From Isurus oxyrinchus (taxonomy: Eukaryota), in assembly GCA_026770705.1 (NCBI GenBank), contig JANJGN010000009.1, positions 129,828,001-129,892,000 on the forward strand: a stretch of DNA of 64,000 bases, given 5' to 3'. Positions within the stretch are counted from its first letter, which is position 1, and every line of letters begins with the position of its first letter. Of the stretch, positions 62,530 through 64,000 are shown piece after piece. The position numbers and the translations under genes are program-made. The notes under the pieces are model-generated. The model saw only the letters and a list, made by a program, of their open reading frames with translations, searched no databases and was not told the origin of the DNA.

Positions 62530-63560
62530 TTAAGATCCCTGCAGAGACCAACAACGTTTTTTTAAAAATCTATGAATTTCACAGTGACTTATGAAAAGAA
62601 TCACATGCCAAGATTTCACATTTCAAGAATTCTACTATAACAAACAAATGAAAAGCAACATATCTAAACATTACTTAATAGGCAACTGCAGAAAAGGTAT
62701 TCCCAATCAACACTTCTTCTTAACACAGTTGAAAAAGCACAGCTTGTGTATTCATTACACCGCACTCTCTGCAGAATTGCAATCTTGTGATTAAAGTCCA
62801 AAGCTCTTCCCGGCTCTAACAGGATCCCTTCTCCCTCATCACCAAGGTGAGTCTTCCGGTGAACTATAAACAAAGTCTCCTTCCCTCGACCCTTTGAGCA
62901 TAATCGAATGGACTTCCTGGTTAGAAGATTTTCTCTGCTGATTCTGTGGTCTTTAACTCTTCACAATCCTTGTTTCCTCGAACATGGGTTCCATCCTCAT
63001 CAGCCTTCTGCTTGATGGTTAATCCAAAAGCAGTCCTTTTCTTCTCCTGCGGGGCTTCTTCCCTCAAACCTCTCAGTCTGACTATCCCTGAACTTGCACG
63101 CGGCAAGAACAGATGCCTTCTCCTTTACATTCAGGTGTGAAAATTTGCACTTACTTTCAATAATGTTTTGAGAGTCAAGCTCATGGACTGCATGGAAAAG
63201 TTTAACTCAAATTATTTACAATGGACATTTTCAGCTGATGCTCCAGATCCACCATCATACCATCAAGTGCTTAACTCCAGATCTTTAATCAAACAAGTAG
63301 AACGATGCAGTTGGTGAAGTTCCTATTGCTAATTACCTTGTCTCCCAGGTCCAAAGGGAATCTTCTTGTCAAGTCCCAGTATGTTCTGAACTTCAAGCTA
63401 ATTTTTATATTTTAAACAAACTACAAACGGCTGCAAAAATATGGCTGCTTGAGGATCACCTGACTTTTCTTGTGGATTGAAACACTCCTCTGTCTCAAGA
63501 GGGAAAAAAAGTAACCTTTCAGAATCATGTTGAGTCAAAGCCTTTTCCTGAAACTAATTC
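62530..63560 (-). repeat. Probable LTR-like repeat
   Basis: No sustained ORF; U5-like T-rich end ggtctctgcagggatctta on the minus strand; assignment from texture only. Confidence 0.35.
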
Positions 63561-63699
63561 AAAAGGGTAACTTCAAATTGAATGGGTCGCTCAGATAGAA
63601 GAACACTCACCGTCTCTAACTCTCAAGGTGTGAAAGTCATCACACAGGATATATAATTGACCTAACCACCTACCTTATTTGGAAAAGGATGTTGGACTT

Positions 63700-64000
63700 G
63701 AAAGATGTCACATGATGAGACCACCATATCTGTTCGTTTGTTTTTAAAACAGTGGAAGCGGTTCCGCAGACAGAGTTCCATCAGAAAGCCATCTACCCAG
63801 CTGCAAGTTATCCAAGCGGCTAAGGTAATAAACAGTAATACCTTGAAAGTGGGAGAAGGACACCCCTGCCCCAACCTGTTCTAACTTGGAGTACAGCTGA
63901 AGTCCAACCTCCTGGGAGATTCAACTATAAGAAGCCTCAGAGCTTATTGAGAATCCTCTGCTTAATAAGGCTTTTGCTTCAATTAAAGCAGCAAATCATA
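63700..64000 (+). repeat. LTR-like repeat homologous to 24400-24610 (runs off the window)
   Basis: Collinear shared blocks with 24430-24605. Confidence 0.65.

Noticed and set aside
62664-63560. Large coding exon on the minus strand
   Set aside because: Only short discontinuous ORFs; better explained as an LTR-like repeat.
1-64000. CRISPR array or prokaryotic operon-like system
   Set aside because: No regularly spaced repeats; the content is eukaryotic transposon debris.

Overview
AT-rich vertebrate genomic DNA, most likely a cartilaginous fish (shark); this is an inference from the repeat families, not a database result. I can support no intact host protein-coding exon, tRNA/rRNA gene or CRISPR array. 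The window reads as intergenic or intronic sequence packed with decayed, deeply nested transposons. These include at least 8 PIF/Harbinger-type elements (spliced Myb/SANT-like ORF1, HARBI1-like DDE transposase) plus their short MITEs, CR1 and CR1/L2-group LINEs, and one Gypsy LTR retrotransposon. There are also Penelope-like (GIY-YIG) elements whose termini carry decayed minimal hammerhead ribozyme motifs, tRNA-derived SINEs, a DeuSINE-like copy and several solo-LTR-like repeats. Unique TAAT-rich islands between the repeats may be conserved non-coding elements. The strongest unusual signal is a ~1.2 kb inversion inside one CR1 copy, bracketed by two oppositely oriented, transposase-less Harbinger elements and reconstructable from reading-frame continuity at its junctions. 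I found no clear evidence of an entirely new biological system. All alignments were made by eye and boundaries are approximate unless a junction is quoted.
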